The notes below the pieces were generated by a model. The model made no database searches, had not been told where the DNA came from, and worked only from the letters and a program-made list of their open reading frames with translations. Both the position numbers and the translations under genes were made by a program. DNA of 64,000 bases from Octopus bimaculoides. Its lineage: Eukaryota. Below are positions 1 to 12,762 of this stretch, piece after piece (the first letter of the stretch is position 1; each line of letters opens with the position of its first letter). The stretch spans positions 18,117,844 to 18,181,843 of the forward strand of contig NC_068992.1 in NCBI RefSeq assembly GCF_001194135.2, given 5' to 3'.

Positions 1-101
1 TATAAACATAATTAAGGGATCAGCAAGCATTTGCTTCACCATATACCGAAGTTCAGAATATGGTGAAGCAAATGCTTGCTGATCCCTTAATTATGTTTAT
101 A
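1..101. repeat. Perfect inverted repeat, 44-bp arms (1-44 / 58-101), 13-nt loop; may extend left of the window
   Basis: tataaacataattaagggatcagcaagcatttgcttcaccatat is the exact reverse complement of 58-101. Confidence 0.95.
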
Positions 102-994
102 AATGTATGGGAACTTTTAAATAAGTTCTCCACCCATAATGGTGCTTACATAACGAAGGGCTTGGTAAAAATTGTTAATTTTTGATTTATTAATAAATTA
201 ATAAATTGATAAATCTTTACCCTTTTAATTTGTATATATATATACCTACATATGTGTGCGTGTGTGTATACAGGGATGGAGAGTATACAAAGGGCTCACA
301 ACCGGACTTTCAAATACAGACTTTATCCTGTATAGAAGTACACTATATTCTCTGTATACTTTTAAGAGAGAACCAGTCTTCAGTGGGATAGGACTTGTAT
401 AAAATATCAGCGATCCGATCCATGTCTTTATAAATTTAGGAATCCCGTAATCTTAAGGTGTCACGAGATTTTAAGCCATAGCTGGAACTTTTAATCGCAT
501 CCGCCTCGCTTATTTGAGAAGTTGTGCAAGAGCAATGATATGAGAATGTCGCTTACTTTTTCGTATACAAAAGTTTGAAGGTGTCCAGACATTTGTAAGG
601 TGAAGGGTATCACAACTATTTAGAGTAGAATACTATATACTTTATGTATCACTTAGGAGATACAATCATCGAAAATTCTATAACATAAGGGAATAGAATT
701 AGATAGACAAATATCTCACTCCCATTTTTTAAACGGCTCTATAGATTTTCACTTAACAGACATTTTTGGAAAAAGAAGAGTACAGGATGGCCATTATATA
801 TCGTTCTGTTCTGCAAAACCTACAAGTATTTCTATCTATGTTTTCATATATTTATATTGATGTCCAACAAACAACCATTATTCAGAAGATTTTCTCTATG
901 CGTTTATATGTTTATAGAAATTAATGACTCGTGCAAAGCCAGTCATACATCTTTCATTGGCAACACATCTATATTTATATATAGGTATATATTC

Positions 995-1345
995 ATTTCT
1001 ACTCTAGGCACAAGGCCTGATATTTTTGTGGATGGGGGGAGGGGAAGTCGATTAGATCGACCCCAGTACGCAACTGGTAATTAATTTATCGACCCCGAAA
1101 GTTTGAAAGGCAATGTCGACCTCGGCGGAATTTGAACTGATGACGTAAAGACAGACGAAATACCGCTAAGCATTTCGCTCGGCGTGTTAACTCTTCTTTT
1201 CTATTCTAGGTACAAAGCCCGAAACTTTTGGGAACGAGGCTAGTCAATTAGATCGACCCCAGTACGCAACTGGTACTTAATTTATCGAACCCAAAAGGAT
1301 GAAAAGCAAAGTCGACCTCGGCGGAATTTGAACTCAGAACGTAGA
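995..1345 (-). mobile_element. Two tandem partial SINE family B copies (tRNA-like head, Meta-like central domain)
   Basis: Shared motif ctactctaggcacaaggcc...tcgaccccagtacgcaactggtacttaatttatcgacccc...gcaaagtcgacctcggcggaatttgaactcagaacg, repeated >20 times in the window. Confidence 0.85.
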
Positions 1346-1346
1346 C

Positions 1347-1610
1347 ATATAGGCGCAGGAGTGGCTGTGTGGTAAGTGGCTTGCTTACCAACCACACAAA
1401 ATTATAAACGCACATTCACACACACATATATATATATATATACGATGCGCTTCTTTCAGTTTCCGTCTACCAAATCCACTCACAAGGCTTTGGTCGGTCC
1501 GAGGCTATATTAGAATACACTTGCCCAAGATGCCACGCAGTCGGATTGAACTCGGAACCATGTGGTTGGTAAGCATGCTTCTTCCCACACAGCCACTCCT
1601 GCGCCTATAT
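1347..1610 (-). mobile_element. SINE family C (CORE-like) partial copy on -, plus a 50-bp inverted head on + (1347-1396)
   Basis: Head ataggcgcaggagtggctgtgtggtaag at both ends in opposite orientation; CORE-like cttgggcaagtg motif on -. Confidence 0.85.
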
Positions 1611-2704
1611 ATACATTTTAAGTGGGCACTGTAAACATTTCACAACCAGTGTATTGCTATATTTCAGTTACTAAAACCAAACGTTGCAATGATAGTATAT
1701 ATCACTCTGCCTGTTGCTCTCATGCTTCTGTTGTTCAACCATCGTCTGAAATTAGGCATTATATTAAGTTTCTTTACTAATGTGTCTTCTTTTAAAAATA
1801 AATTGTAATTTCGAAGTCACTGATTAGTGTATGTGATTTCTTTGAATATATTCTTTGAAGTCTAATTCTTAGCAAGATGAGACATGTTTCTTACTTTGAA
1901 TGATAGCAGACATTAATGAATTATGGAAACAAAGACAGAAAGAACACAAGACAAAAACAAACAAAAAAAAACAATAAAAAAACGACAAAACCAACAAAGA
2001 AAATAAAAACCTAAACGAAACGAAGACGAAAACAAAACAGGGAATTCTTTCGTTCTATTTCAAATGCGAAATCTAATCTAAAGAAACATAATTCTGTCTT
2101 TGGAATGTTATTCTTTTGAAATTGTATACTTTTTAGTTATCTTTATATTTCAAATAATAAGGCTCATTAAATAATATATNNNNNNNNNNNNNNNNNNNNN
2201 NNNNNNNNNNNNNNNNNNNNNNNNNNNNNNNNNNNNNNNNNNNNNNNNNNNNNNNNNNNNNNNNNNNNNNNNNNNNNNNNNNNNNNNNNNNNNNNNNNNN
2301 NNNNNNNNNNNNNNNNNNNNNNNNNNNNNNNNNNNNNNNNNNNNNNNNNNNNNNNNNNNNNNNNNNNNNNNNNNNNNNNNNNNNNNNNNNNNNNNNNNNN
2401 NNNNNNNNNNNNNNNNNNNNNNNNNNNNNNNNNNNNNNNNNNNNNNNNNNNNNNNNNNNNNNNNNNNNNNNNNNNNNNNNNNNNNNNNNNNNNNNNNNNN
2501 NNNNNNNNNNNNNNNNNNNNNNNNNNNNNNNNNNNNNNATCGATAATACAAGAATGAAGAATTTGAACATTCGAACAAGTTTATTTGGTTTATTTATAAT
2601 AATTGTCCGACACTTAAAATCACATACCCGTACACAGCCAAACATACCCCTCCCCCCGCGACATAGACACGTGTGTGTGTGTGTGTGTGTGTGTGGATTG
2701 ACTA

Positions 2705-2905
2705 TCGGTTTCAACACTTGAACCAAGGTCTGGAATTTTCGGATAGTTAAGTGATTTCATCGAGCCAGGCGTTGAACTAGTTCTTACTTTATCAGCTCCG
2801 AAATGATGAAAGGCAAAGTCGACCTTGCTGGAATTTGAACTCAGAATGCAAAGACGGACGAAATGCTACCAAGTATTTTCCCCGTTGTGCTAACCATTCT
2901 GCCAG
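2705..2905 (-). mobile_element. Diverged SINE family B
   Basis: gatgaaaggcaaagtcgaccttgctggaatttgaactcagaatg matches the family B core. Confidence 0.8.
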
Positions 2906-3953
2906 TTTATTTTTTTGTGGGTTAAACATCGATAATTCTTTCATATTTGCTTCACCTATGTTTCTCGATTTCTAGATCTCGTTGTTGATTTTAGAGGTAT
3001 TTGAAACAGGCAAAATGTGGTATATTGCGACAAGTGTTGCTTGTTAAGTGCCGGGTGTGCCCCTATAACAGTAGACTGCGCATATAAGAAGCTACGTATT
3101 ATCCAATGTGTCCTCTATATTTTCAGACGCTAGCGTGTGATTTTAAAAAGGATAAGTATACTAGTTGTCGCAAAGTCTAGTGATCATATAACGACCCCGC
3201 CTTAACTTGGCTTGTCTACAGGTGAAATTACAGTGCAATGCTAACAGAAAAATTGAAAACGGTTCCAGTGGGGAATCGTAACTGTTTGAAGAATTGAGCA
3301 ACTTACAACGATTATGTTATTTATTAGACAGACAATATGATTACATTATTTATAGCATTCACAGAATTATTCACGCTGATCAATTTCAAAGATAATTTCA
3401 GAAATTGTCTTTGGAAACGTTACAGTTTAGAAAATATATATAATATATTAGTTGATACGGTAAATTACATTTTGGAATCTGTTTATGTATATGTTATGGA
3501 TATTTTGTTAAAAATATCTTTTTATATATTTGCAGAAACTGAGTTTGGCGCTAAATTCTAGAAATGACTACACTCTACCATGTTTTAGGGATCACCAGTG
3601 ACTATCTGGTACAATTTTACCCATCCCGTTTTTAAGACTTTAAAGGGATCTGAGACAAATTTGGCTGCGATTTCTAACAGTTTCAGCAGGCACTTTCTAA
3701 CATCTAGTTCGTCTGGAGAAGGTTCTTCTTGATTTGTCTCTTTCCCGAATCAGAGTTAGGGTAAAAGAGTGATGGTATACGAGCAGAGTTATGATAAAAG
3801 ACATTCAATTCAGCTAATTCCCATCTTGACTTCTGGAATAATATACCTCCGACTACACTATCAAATATGTCACTTTATTAAGACTTGATGGATCTGTGGA
3901 ATGTTCATAGGAACACAGACGTAATTATTTTTACACCAAAATTACTATAAAGT

Positions 3954-4320
3954 GTTGGCATTCTGTCGCTTACGACGACGAGGGTTCCANNNNNNNNNNG
4001 CTCGTGAAATTAACGTGCAAGTGGCTGATCACTCCACAGAAACGTGTACCCTTAACGTAGTTCTCGGGGATATTCAGCGTGACACAGTGTGACAAGGCTT
4101 ACCCTTTGAATTACAGGCACAACAGAAACAGGAAGTAAGAGTGAGAGAAAGTTGTGGTGAAAGAGTACAGCAGGGTTCGTCACCATCCCCTTCCGGAGCC
4201 TTGTGGAACTTTAAGAGTTTTCGCTCAATAAACACTCACAACGCCCGGTCTGGGAATCGAAACCGCGATCCTATGACTGCGAGTCCGCTGCCCTAACCAC
4301 TGGGCCATTGCCCCTCAACA
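3954..4320 (-). mobile_element. Full-length SINE family A with 10-bp TSD (actataaagt)
   Basis: tRNA-like head; near-identical to 21229-21616 and 57317-57698; actataaagt at 3944-3953 and 4321-4330. Confidence 0.92.
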
Positions 4321-5994
4321 ACTATAAAGTAATTAAGAAAAACAAAACAAACTCCAGTTATTTTTACTCTAAAATTACTGTAAAGAAATTTAAAAACCTC
4401 CGAAGCAGAGAAAAAGAAGGAAGCCTCAACTTCAACTATTATCAAGATTCAGTACAATGAATAACCGCCACGCTATCTGTGACTGACGCCAACCCTGCAA
4501 AAGTAAAGAAACAAGATTCTCCATTCTCACTACCACCATCACCACCACCACACAATCCCATCATTACCATCACAGCCGTCATCAACATTATATGTAATAC
4601 AAAGAGTAACAACAAAATTTTGAAATATTGAAACATACGAAGAGACTGTCCAGGTCCACTCTTCTCATGTTGAATCACATTTGTTTAAAAATATAAATTT
4701 TAGTCCAATGAAAATAAGCTAAAAACAAAGAAACAAAAACAACCTTGGATGTCGTCTCTTGAGCATCACCAGAATCCGCTCCATCCTCCCTATCGCTATG
4801 GAAGGCATGAATTATTCATCTTCACTGTAAAATCACTACGAAATCTATAAATACACATATGCAGTATTAAATTTACATGTTGCAGTTCACAGTAAAAAAA
4901 AAAATCGATTGACAGCCACTTTTTTTTTAATGTATTTGATAACTTACAATAAAAATACAATGAAATCAATTAGAATTCGTTTCAATTAAGTTCATAAAGG
5001 TTAAACGTATGTCTTAAGTAAAGTCAATTCTCTTAGTTAATGTTCTATTATAGTCTGGCACAACAAACTCGAAATGATTGATGTGCTACACACATTTAAG
5101 TGTTTATTTCAAATTTTACTCAACAACAATGAAATATCCGTACGAATAACTTCACAAATATAAAAAACATATAATGATGTTAGTCATATAGTGTTGCTGT
5201 TGGGGACGGCAATGTTACAAACGCCATAACTAACTCAACAAATATAACAAAGAAAAAACATATCACCTCTCTCTCTCATCTTTCTCCCTTCGCCGTTAAC
5301 CTCGCAACAACGAACTTCAATGCACGGATTATAAACGGTGTCTACCTCTTTGTTATGTCCCTCGCTAACACAGATTTCCTACATTAACGGTACAACTACA
5401 TTTATATCGTTTNNNNNNNNNNNNNNNNNNNNNNNNNNNNNNNNNNNNNNNNNNNNNNNNNNNNNNNNNNNNNNNNNNNNNNNNNNNNNNNNNNNNNNNN
5501 NNNNNNNNNNNNNNNNNNNNNNNNNNNNNNNNNNNNNNNNNNNNNNNNNNNNNNNNNNNNNNNNNNNNNNNNNNNNNNNNNNNNNNNNNNNNNNNNNNNN
5601 NNNNNNNNNNNNNNNNNNNNNNNNNNNNNNNNNNNNNNNNNNNNNNNNNNNNNNNNNNNNNNNNNNNNNNNNNNNNNNNNNNNNNNNNNNNNNNNNNNNN
5701 NNNNNNNNNNNNNNNNNNNNNNNNNNNNNNNNNNNNNNNNNNNNNNNNNNNNNNNNNNNNNNNNNNNNNNNNNNNNNNNNNNNNNNNNNNNNNNNNNNNN
5801 NNNNNNNNNNNNNNNNNNNNNNNNNNNNNNNNNNNNNNNNNNNNNNNNNNNNNNNNNNNNNNNNNNNNNNNNNNNNNNNNNNNNNNNNNNNNNNNNNNNN
5901 NNNNNNNNNNNNNNNNNNNNNNNNNNNNNNNNNNNNNNNNNNNNNNNNNNNNNNNNNNNNNNNNNNNNNNNNNNNNNNNNNNNNNNNNNNNNNA

Positions 5995-6365
5995 TATCAA
6001 CCCCAGTGCGTAACTGGTACTTATTTAATCGACCCCGAAAGGATGAAAGGCAAAGTCGACCTCGGCGGAATTTGAACTCAGAACGTAGCGGCAGACGAAA
6101 TACCGCTAAGCATTTCGCCCGGCATGGTAACGTTTCTTATGTCTCTATTTCCCACAAGGGACTAAATATAAAGGGGACAAACAAGGACAGACAAAGGGAT
6201 TAAGTCGATTACAACGACCCCAGTGCGTAACTGGTACTTAATTTATCGACCCCGAAAGTATGAAAGACAAAGTCAACCTCGGTGGAATTTGAACTCAGAA
6301 CGTAACGGCAGACGAAATACCGCCAAGCATTTCGCCCGGTGTGCTAACGTATCTGCCACCTCGCC
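5995..6365 (-). mobile_element. Dimeric SINE family B with a Tx1-like tail between the monomers
   Basis: Two family B cores separated by cccacaagggactaaatataaaggggacaaacaaggacagacaaagggattaagtcga; the same junction occurs at ~34750. Confidence 0.85.
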
Positions 6366-7173
6366 GCGTTTTAATTGAATTGATATTATGATGGTAAGCG
6401 TCTGGCGTTGATCGTATTGCAATTCTAACCGAAAACATAGAGACTGTTCGTTGAGCAAGCGTATCATTTATCTTTTATTTGTTTCACTCATAAGACTGAA
6501 TTATTAGTCGAATGTATCGACCAAGTATCCGTTTGTTCTTAAGCGTGGGTCATATTCTATCGGTCTTTTAAACCAAACCGCTAGTTAACATACACACATA
6601 CACACATATATGTATACATACATACACATGTCCTTCGCCTCTCACCGTTACTACTACTATTCCTCTCTCTCTCTCTCTCTATCTCTCGTTGCTCACTTTT
6701 ATTCTACTTCCTCACCTTCTTTTCCCTCTGCTACTCTTTCTCTTCACACAGCCTTGGTCACGTGTGTCCGGCTGCTATTTCTTTTCGTTCTTGGAATCAC
6801 CAAGCTCGCACGTACTTCTTTGCCCCTCCTGTACGTGCTTCACAGCGTTCAATACACNNNNNNNNNNNNNNNNNNNNNNNNNNNNNNNNNNNNNNNNNNN
6901 NNNNNNNNNNNNNNNNNNNNNNNNNNNNNNNNNNNNNNNNNNNNNNNNNNNNNNNNNNNNNNNNNNNNNNNNNNNNNNNNNNNNNNNNNNNNNNNNNNNN
7001 NNNNNNNNNNNNNNNNNNNNNNNNNCTTGTTTGTTGTACCTTGTTTATCATTTTGCCCATGTTCTTTTGCCACGTCATGTACCCAGGTATGTATCTATGT
7101 GTACATGTAGATGAAGGTATGTTCATACATGTACATATATATGCATATACTCATATATTGTTTACACACACAC

Positions 7174-7228
<55 letters not shown>

Positions 7229-7604
7229 CACGCACTTGTACATAATTACATAAATATACACACAAGCATACGAATACTTACGTATAGCAACGCATATATA
7301 CATATATATGCACGAATGTACACCGCCAGCTCAGTTATCCGTCCAAACAGCATGTGCTATATGACCAAAATACCACCGCAGTAAATATAATGACAAAGTG
7401 AATATATATAAATTTCTATATGAATAAGTATAAAATCGTTGTGTAAAAACGATCAAATCAAATGGCAGAATGGGAAGAAAAAACCTTATAGCTTCTAATT
7501 ATGATTAAGATTATAAATAAGGGTATCTAAGAGATATCACAATGCTTTAAATAGCAGTCAAAACCTGATTCTAAACCCACATCATGTATTCAATATATAC
7601 TCTT

Positions 7605-7825
7605 TACTCTTTTACTTGTTTCAGTGATTTGACTGCGGTCATGCTGGAGCACCGCCTTTAGTCGAGCAAATCGACCCCAGGACTTATTCTTTGTTAGCCT
7701 AGTACTTATTCTATCGGTCACTTTTGCCGAACCTCTAAGTTACGGGGACGTAAACACACCGTCATCGATGTCAAGCGATGTTGGGAGGACAAGCACATAC
7801 ACACAAACACACGCACACACACACA

Positions 7826-7861
<36 letters not shown>

Positions 7862-8040
7862 CCTATATATACATATATACGACGGGCTTCTTTCAGTTCC
7901 CGTCTACCAAATCCACTCATAAGGATTTGGTCGGCCCGAGGCTATAGTAGAAGACACCCAAGTTTCCACGCAGTGGGACTGAACCCGGAACGATGTGGTT
8001 GGTGAGCAAGCTACTTACCACACAGCCCCTCCTGCACCTA
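7605..8040 (-). mobile_element. Full-length SINE family C with internal (CA)n
   Basis: Reverse-complement match to 12350-12762 along its whole length. Confidence 0.9.
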
Positions 8041-8489
8041 TATATATTCACTTCGTCACTATATTTCCTGTGGTGGTATTTTGACCATATAGCACATAGT
8101 GTTTGGATGGATAGCTGAACTGGTCGTGTATATACATGCATATATATATGCATATACATGTAACTCCCAAGAAATGTGTTGAGTACTTTTCTTTCATTTG
8201 TCCACACACACGTTCATATATACATGCATACAGATACCCCTATATACAGACACGCATGCGTGTTTGCGTTCCCTGACTGCACAAAAGTGTTTTATATACG
8301 AGTTAACACGTTTGTCTTCAAATTTTTAAACGCTTTTACATTTATCGCGTGACATATCGAAGATTATGTTGTTTCAAACCAGAAGAAAAATATGAAAAAA
8401 AACTACCCAAAGAAAATAAAAGAAACAATTAATGAGATCACTAAACACAATTCTTGCAGTATCTTGAATCAACTCTGTTAAATCTGTGA

Positions 8490-8822
8490 TGAAGATGCTC
8501 CTTCGTTTACGACGACCAGGATTCCAGTTGATTCGATCAACGGAGCAGCTTGCTAATAAAACTGACACGCAAGTGGCTAAGCACTCCACAGACAAACGTA
8601 CTCTTTATGTAGTTCTCAGGAAGAGTCAGCATGATACGGAATGTGTCAAGGCTGGCGCTTTGAAATACAGAAGCTACGTATTTTTTGCCATTTGAGTGGA
8701 CCGGAGCAAAATGAAATGAAGTTTCGTTCTCAAGGACACTATGCACTGCCAAAAATCGATCTCACGTGGGTACGGTATAGCTGAGCCGTATACCCTAACC
8801 ACTAAGCCACATGCCTTCACAA
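8490..8822 (-). mobile_element. Old composite SINE: family E head/CORE joined to the family A 3' half
   Basis: 8655-8822 resembles 31660-31894; 8490-8655 resembles the family A tail (cgacgaccaggattccagttgattcgatcaacgg). Confidence 0.65.
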
Positions 8823-10434
8823 ATGTTGAAGAGAATGACATAATCTGTAGCTTTTCCACAATCTTCAGTTTCGTATAGATGAATGTCTAGCACATGTACT
8901 TCATCAGTAATCCCGTCTTCTGTTTGATAGCTTCGTAGGAGGAACTGAGTTGTGCGTATGGTGTTTATAAGCCTCTTAAAGTGATGTGTGAAGGTTTCAT
9001 CGCAATCTTTTCAGGATTTCAAAAAAGCAAATATAGCCGTGAGCGAGATGGTAATCGGTATTTGGTACGGAAATCTTACAGTAGAACAGTGCCGCTACTA
9101 TTGCTAATCGAGTAGATTGTGGCGTGTCACACCCAACACCAAACGTGGGGACTATCACAGGAGGCAGCCGGCCATAGATTATTGAGGCATATCAATAATA
9201 TGAATACACACAAAGCTACTGAGGGTAATTCCATTTATAGGTTTCAAGAAAAGGAATGATGTTAGAATATTCTTGTTAGAGCTTCAGGTAAATGCATCAT
9301 AGTTATGCTAAAGTAGTATTCGCTAGATAAACCGAGAATTATTTTCTTTCGTGCAATTCAGTTGCCACCGGATATAACTATAAGATACATAGTAATGAAA
9401 ACAAGAAACACTTATAGACAACTGCATCAAAATGTACAATTTCGTTGTGTGCTTTGGTCTCCTTTACAGACTTACATGTGTATCTTCAGTAACTGTGCAG
9501 TTAGAAAGTGGTGCAATACTAATTTTGTAAAATGGATATTCCATGCGAAAGAAAAAGAACAGCTATATGTATATTCGAAAAATATATTAAAGAATAATGA
9601 CTTTCTCTGTCCATTTGTTATTCGTCGCAAATTTCAACCTATTCATCTCTCTGTCTACGTTCCTATCTGCTTCTATCTACGTGTATTGACAAAATTTGCA
9701 AAATATAAAACGATATTAAGTGCTAAAAAATTTCCATTGTAGAAAGATTACAAATGTTAATTAAACTTTTCTGACCAAGAATCAATATGAGTGATAAGAA
9801 AGTATTAAAAATCAAAAGAAAATAATCCAAAATTCAATTACGCAAATATCTATTACAAAAAAAAAATTAAATTAAAAAAATAATAATATATGTCACATAA
9901 CTTCAATGTAAAACAAAATGGTGAATTGCATATTAGTAACTATTTTCATAAACCTACTTAAATTTCAAGATTTAGTCTTCATTTTCGAAATAGAGATCAG
10001 CATTATTGTGACAGAAAATCAATAATTGTCTGCTATTGAACTCTGGGATCTATATTATTGAAGTAAAACGGTTCAAGTTGGAAAAGAAAACTACAGACGG
10101 AACAAAGTTATTGTCCAGAAATAGACTAAGAAAAAGAAATATGATAAAAATTAGCATTCGGTTGCGTTGTTTTTTATGCTTTTCATGTTTCTCTCTGTCT
10201 TTCTCAGTGTCTCTTTATATCTCTCTGCTTTATACATACGTACATACAGACACATGCATACATACATACATACATACATATATACATGCATACATATATG
10301 TGTGCTTATATTTATGTATATATGTGTGTATGTATATATATATATATATATATATATNNNNNNNNNNNNNNNNNNNNNNNNNNNNNNNNNNNNNNNNNNN
10401 NNNNNNNNNNNNNNNNNNNNNNNNNNNNNNNNNN

Positions 10435-10484
<50 letters not shown>

Positions 10485-11502
10485 CATGTATGTATAACCA
10501 TACAAAGCTGTTCTGTCTTTTCTGCCTAGGAGCTTATATGAGAAAACAACGTCTTTCTCCTTCCCGCCATTGTTCTAAAGTACATATCATATAGTGTAAT
10601 CAATATTTCTATACACCTTGCTGAATATTTTCAATAGCTCAAAAATTTTTTTTGAAAACTTTCGAAGCCGACCCATCTATATCTGTGAGCAATATTATTT
10701 TCAGTGGAGTTAAGGCGTCTACAACTGACGGCTTCACGCTTGTCAAAGATTTGAACTTTGCAGCGGAATCTAACATCATTAATTTCCATAAAATCTGTCA
10801 CACAAAGTAAAAACAGTTGAAATTCGGAGTTTGTGAACATGATTTGATTAAATTATATCGGTATAGTACTTATAAAATACTGAAGCTCTATATACGTCGT
10901 TAACCATATAAAGTGTGCTGGTAATTAAGTGATATAGTTCAGTTTGAATAGAATTTTGTTGATCCAGATCATAGGTATCAATGGGGTTTTTTGGGGGTAG
11001 TTTAGTTATCGTCTGCTACATTCTACCAATGAGATTGTCTCGTTAGATGTTCACAATTCCACTGATATTTGACGTTAATACTAATTTAAAATATCTCTCT
11101 ACAAATCCGTTAGTAACTGCGCAATCCCATTAATTTTCATTAATACCAGTGTGAGAGTTGTACAAAGAACTGTGCTCTATCAAATATTTCCATTGATCAG
11201 CATGAATTACACTTGGAGTACTCATGTTCTCATTTTAATAACGAGCGGGTATTAGGTAACATATAATATTCAGCGACGTAATCCCAAGAGGGCATGTTTT
11301 GAGTAAACACCAAAAGCCTATATGCATCCAGTTCTCTACGCATTGACCCTAAACAGTAGAAGTTCGATCCCAGAACGTTCTTAAAAACTGAAGTATTTTA
11401 TGAGGCCCATATTTCTCTGAAGTACACAAGTCTATCGAAAACAGGTTACGCATACCTGTTTTTGGCTTTAGCGTATATTGAATAAGCTTTTATAAAATAA
11501 TT

Positions 11503-11720
11503 ATTTCTACTCTAGGCAGAAGGCCTTGAAAATTCTGGTGGAAGTGGGGCTAGTCGATTATATCGATCCCACTGCGTAATTGGTACTTATTTCATCGGCC
11601 CAGAAGGAATGACAGGCAAAATTGACCTCGGCGGAATTTGAACTCAGAACGTAGCAGCAGACGAAATATCGCTAAGCATTTCACCCGGCTTGCTAATGAT
11701 TCTGCTAGCTCGCCGCTTAA
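11503..11720 (-). mobile_element. SINE family B
   Basis: Family B tail, core and head (gctagctcgccgc) are all present. Confidence 0.85.
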
Positions 11721-12349
11721 GTGTTTATAAAATATTATGCATGATCGTATGTAATTTTAGATATTTTATTAGAATTTTTCGGACGTCTTTCTCTGAAAAG
11801 TGAATACCTACATCCATTAGTTATGGATGTAAGAGCAATAATGTATTATTTTTCCTATAGAAATACAGCACTGAAACATTGGGGTTCCACTTTGATAACG
11901 TTACTATTTTTACTACTTGTGTATAACATACTATTAGTAAATGGTTTAACAAGACCACTTCTTTGGTGTGGATGACACATTTACATTAACAAAATTTACT
12001 GAGAGTGAGGAGCAACAAAGGAAACTATCCGAAGGCTTCGCCTTATTCAAAGCAGAGCATATTAACCAAAATAATCCTTTCTAATATAGTCACAAGGCTG
12101 CATGTAAATCAAGATAATGAACACATTTGAGATATGAAACTGACAATTAAATTCTATTAAATCGACTCAAATATAATACTTCGATTCTGTCAACTTCGGA
12201 AGGATTAATAGCTAACCTGTCCAGATAGACAATCGAAGAAAATAATAAAGTAAAATACTGCATATTTTGCTCATTTTTCATATAATTTAATTCACCATTA
12301 CCATTCTTAGAATTCATATTTGCCGTATAATGTTTGTTAGATTTTCTCA

Positions 12350-12762
12350 TATAGGCGCAGGATTGGCTGTGTGGTAAGTAGCTTGCCTACCAGCCACATG
12401 GTTCCGGGTTCAGTCACAGTGCGTGGCATCTTGGGTAAGTGTCTTCTACTATAGCCTCGGGCCGACCAAAGCCTTGTGAGTGGATTTGGTAGACGGAAAC
12501 TGAAAGAAGCCCGTCTTATATATGTATATATATATGTTTGTGCTTGTGTGTGTGTGTGTATTTGTGTGTATGTCTCCCCAACATCGTTTGACAACCGATG
12601 CTGGTGTGTTTACATCCTCGTAACTTAGCGGTTCAGCAAAAAAGACCGATACTCTAAGTACCAGGCTTACAAAGAATAAGTCCTTGGGAGTCGATTTGCT
12701 CGACTAAATGGCGCTGCTCCAGCATGGCCGCAGTCAAATGACTGAAACAAGTAAAAGAGTAA
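12350..12762 (+). mobile_element. Full-length SINE family C (CORE-like)
   Basis: ataggcgcaggattggctgtgtggtaag...ggttccgggttcagtc (box B-like)...cttgggtaagtgtcttctactatagcctcgg...actgaaacaagtaaaagagtaa tail. Confidence 0.9.

Noticed and set aside
1135-1165. CTGATGA...GAAA hammerhead-like string
   Set aside because: Chance mutation of the family B core (gaactcagaacgtaaagacagacgaaata); no stems I or III.
4744-4824. 81-nt minus-strand segment with acceptor and donor
   Set aside because: All three internal frames contain stops; no supporting neighbouring exons.
9017-9110. WSC-like peptide LTVEQCRYYC after an acceptor, and a signal-peptide-like MELPSVALCVFILLIC on the opposite strand nearby
   Set aside because: Both frames stop within ~30-35 codons with no convincing donor or further homology.
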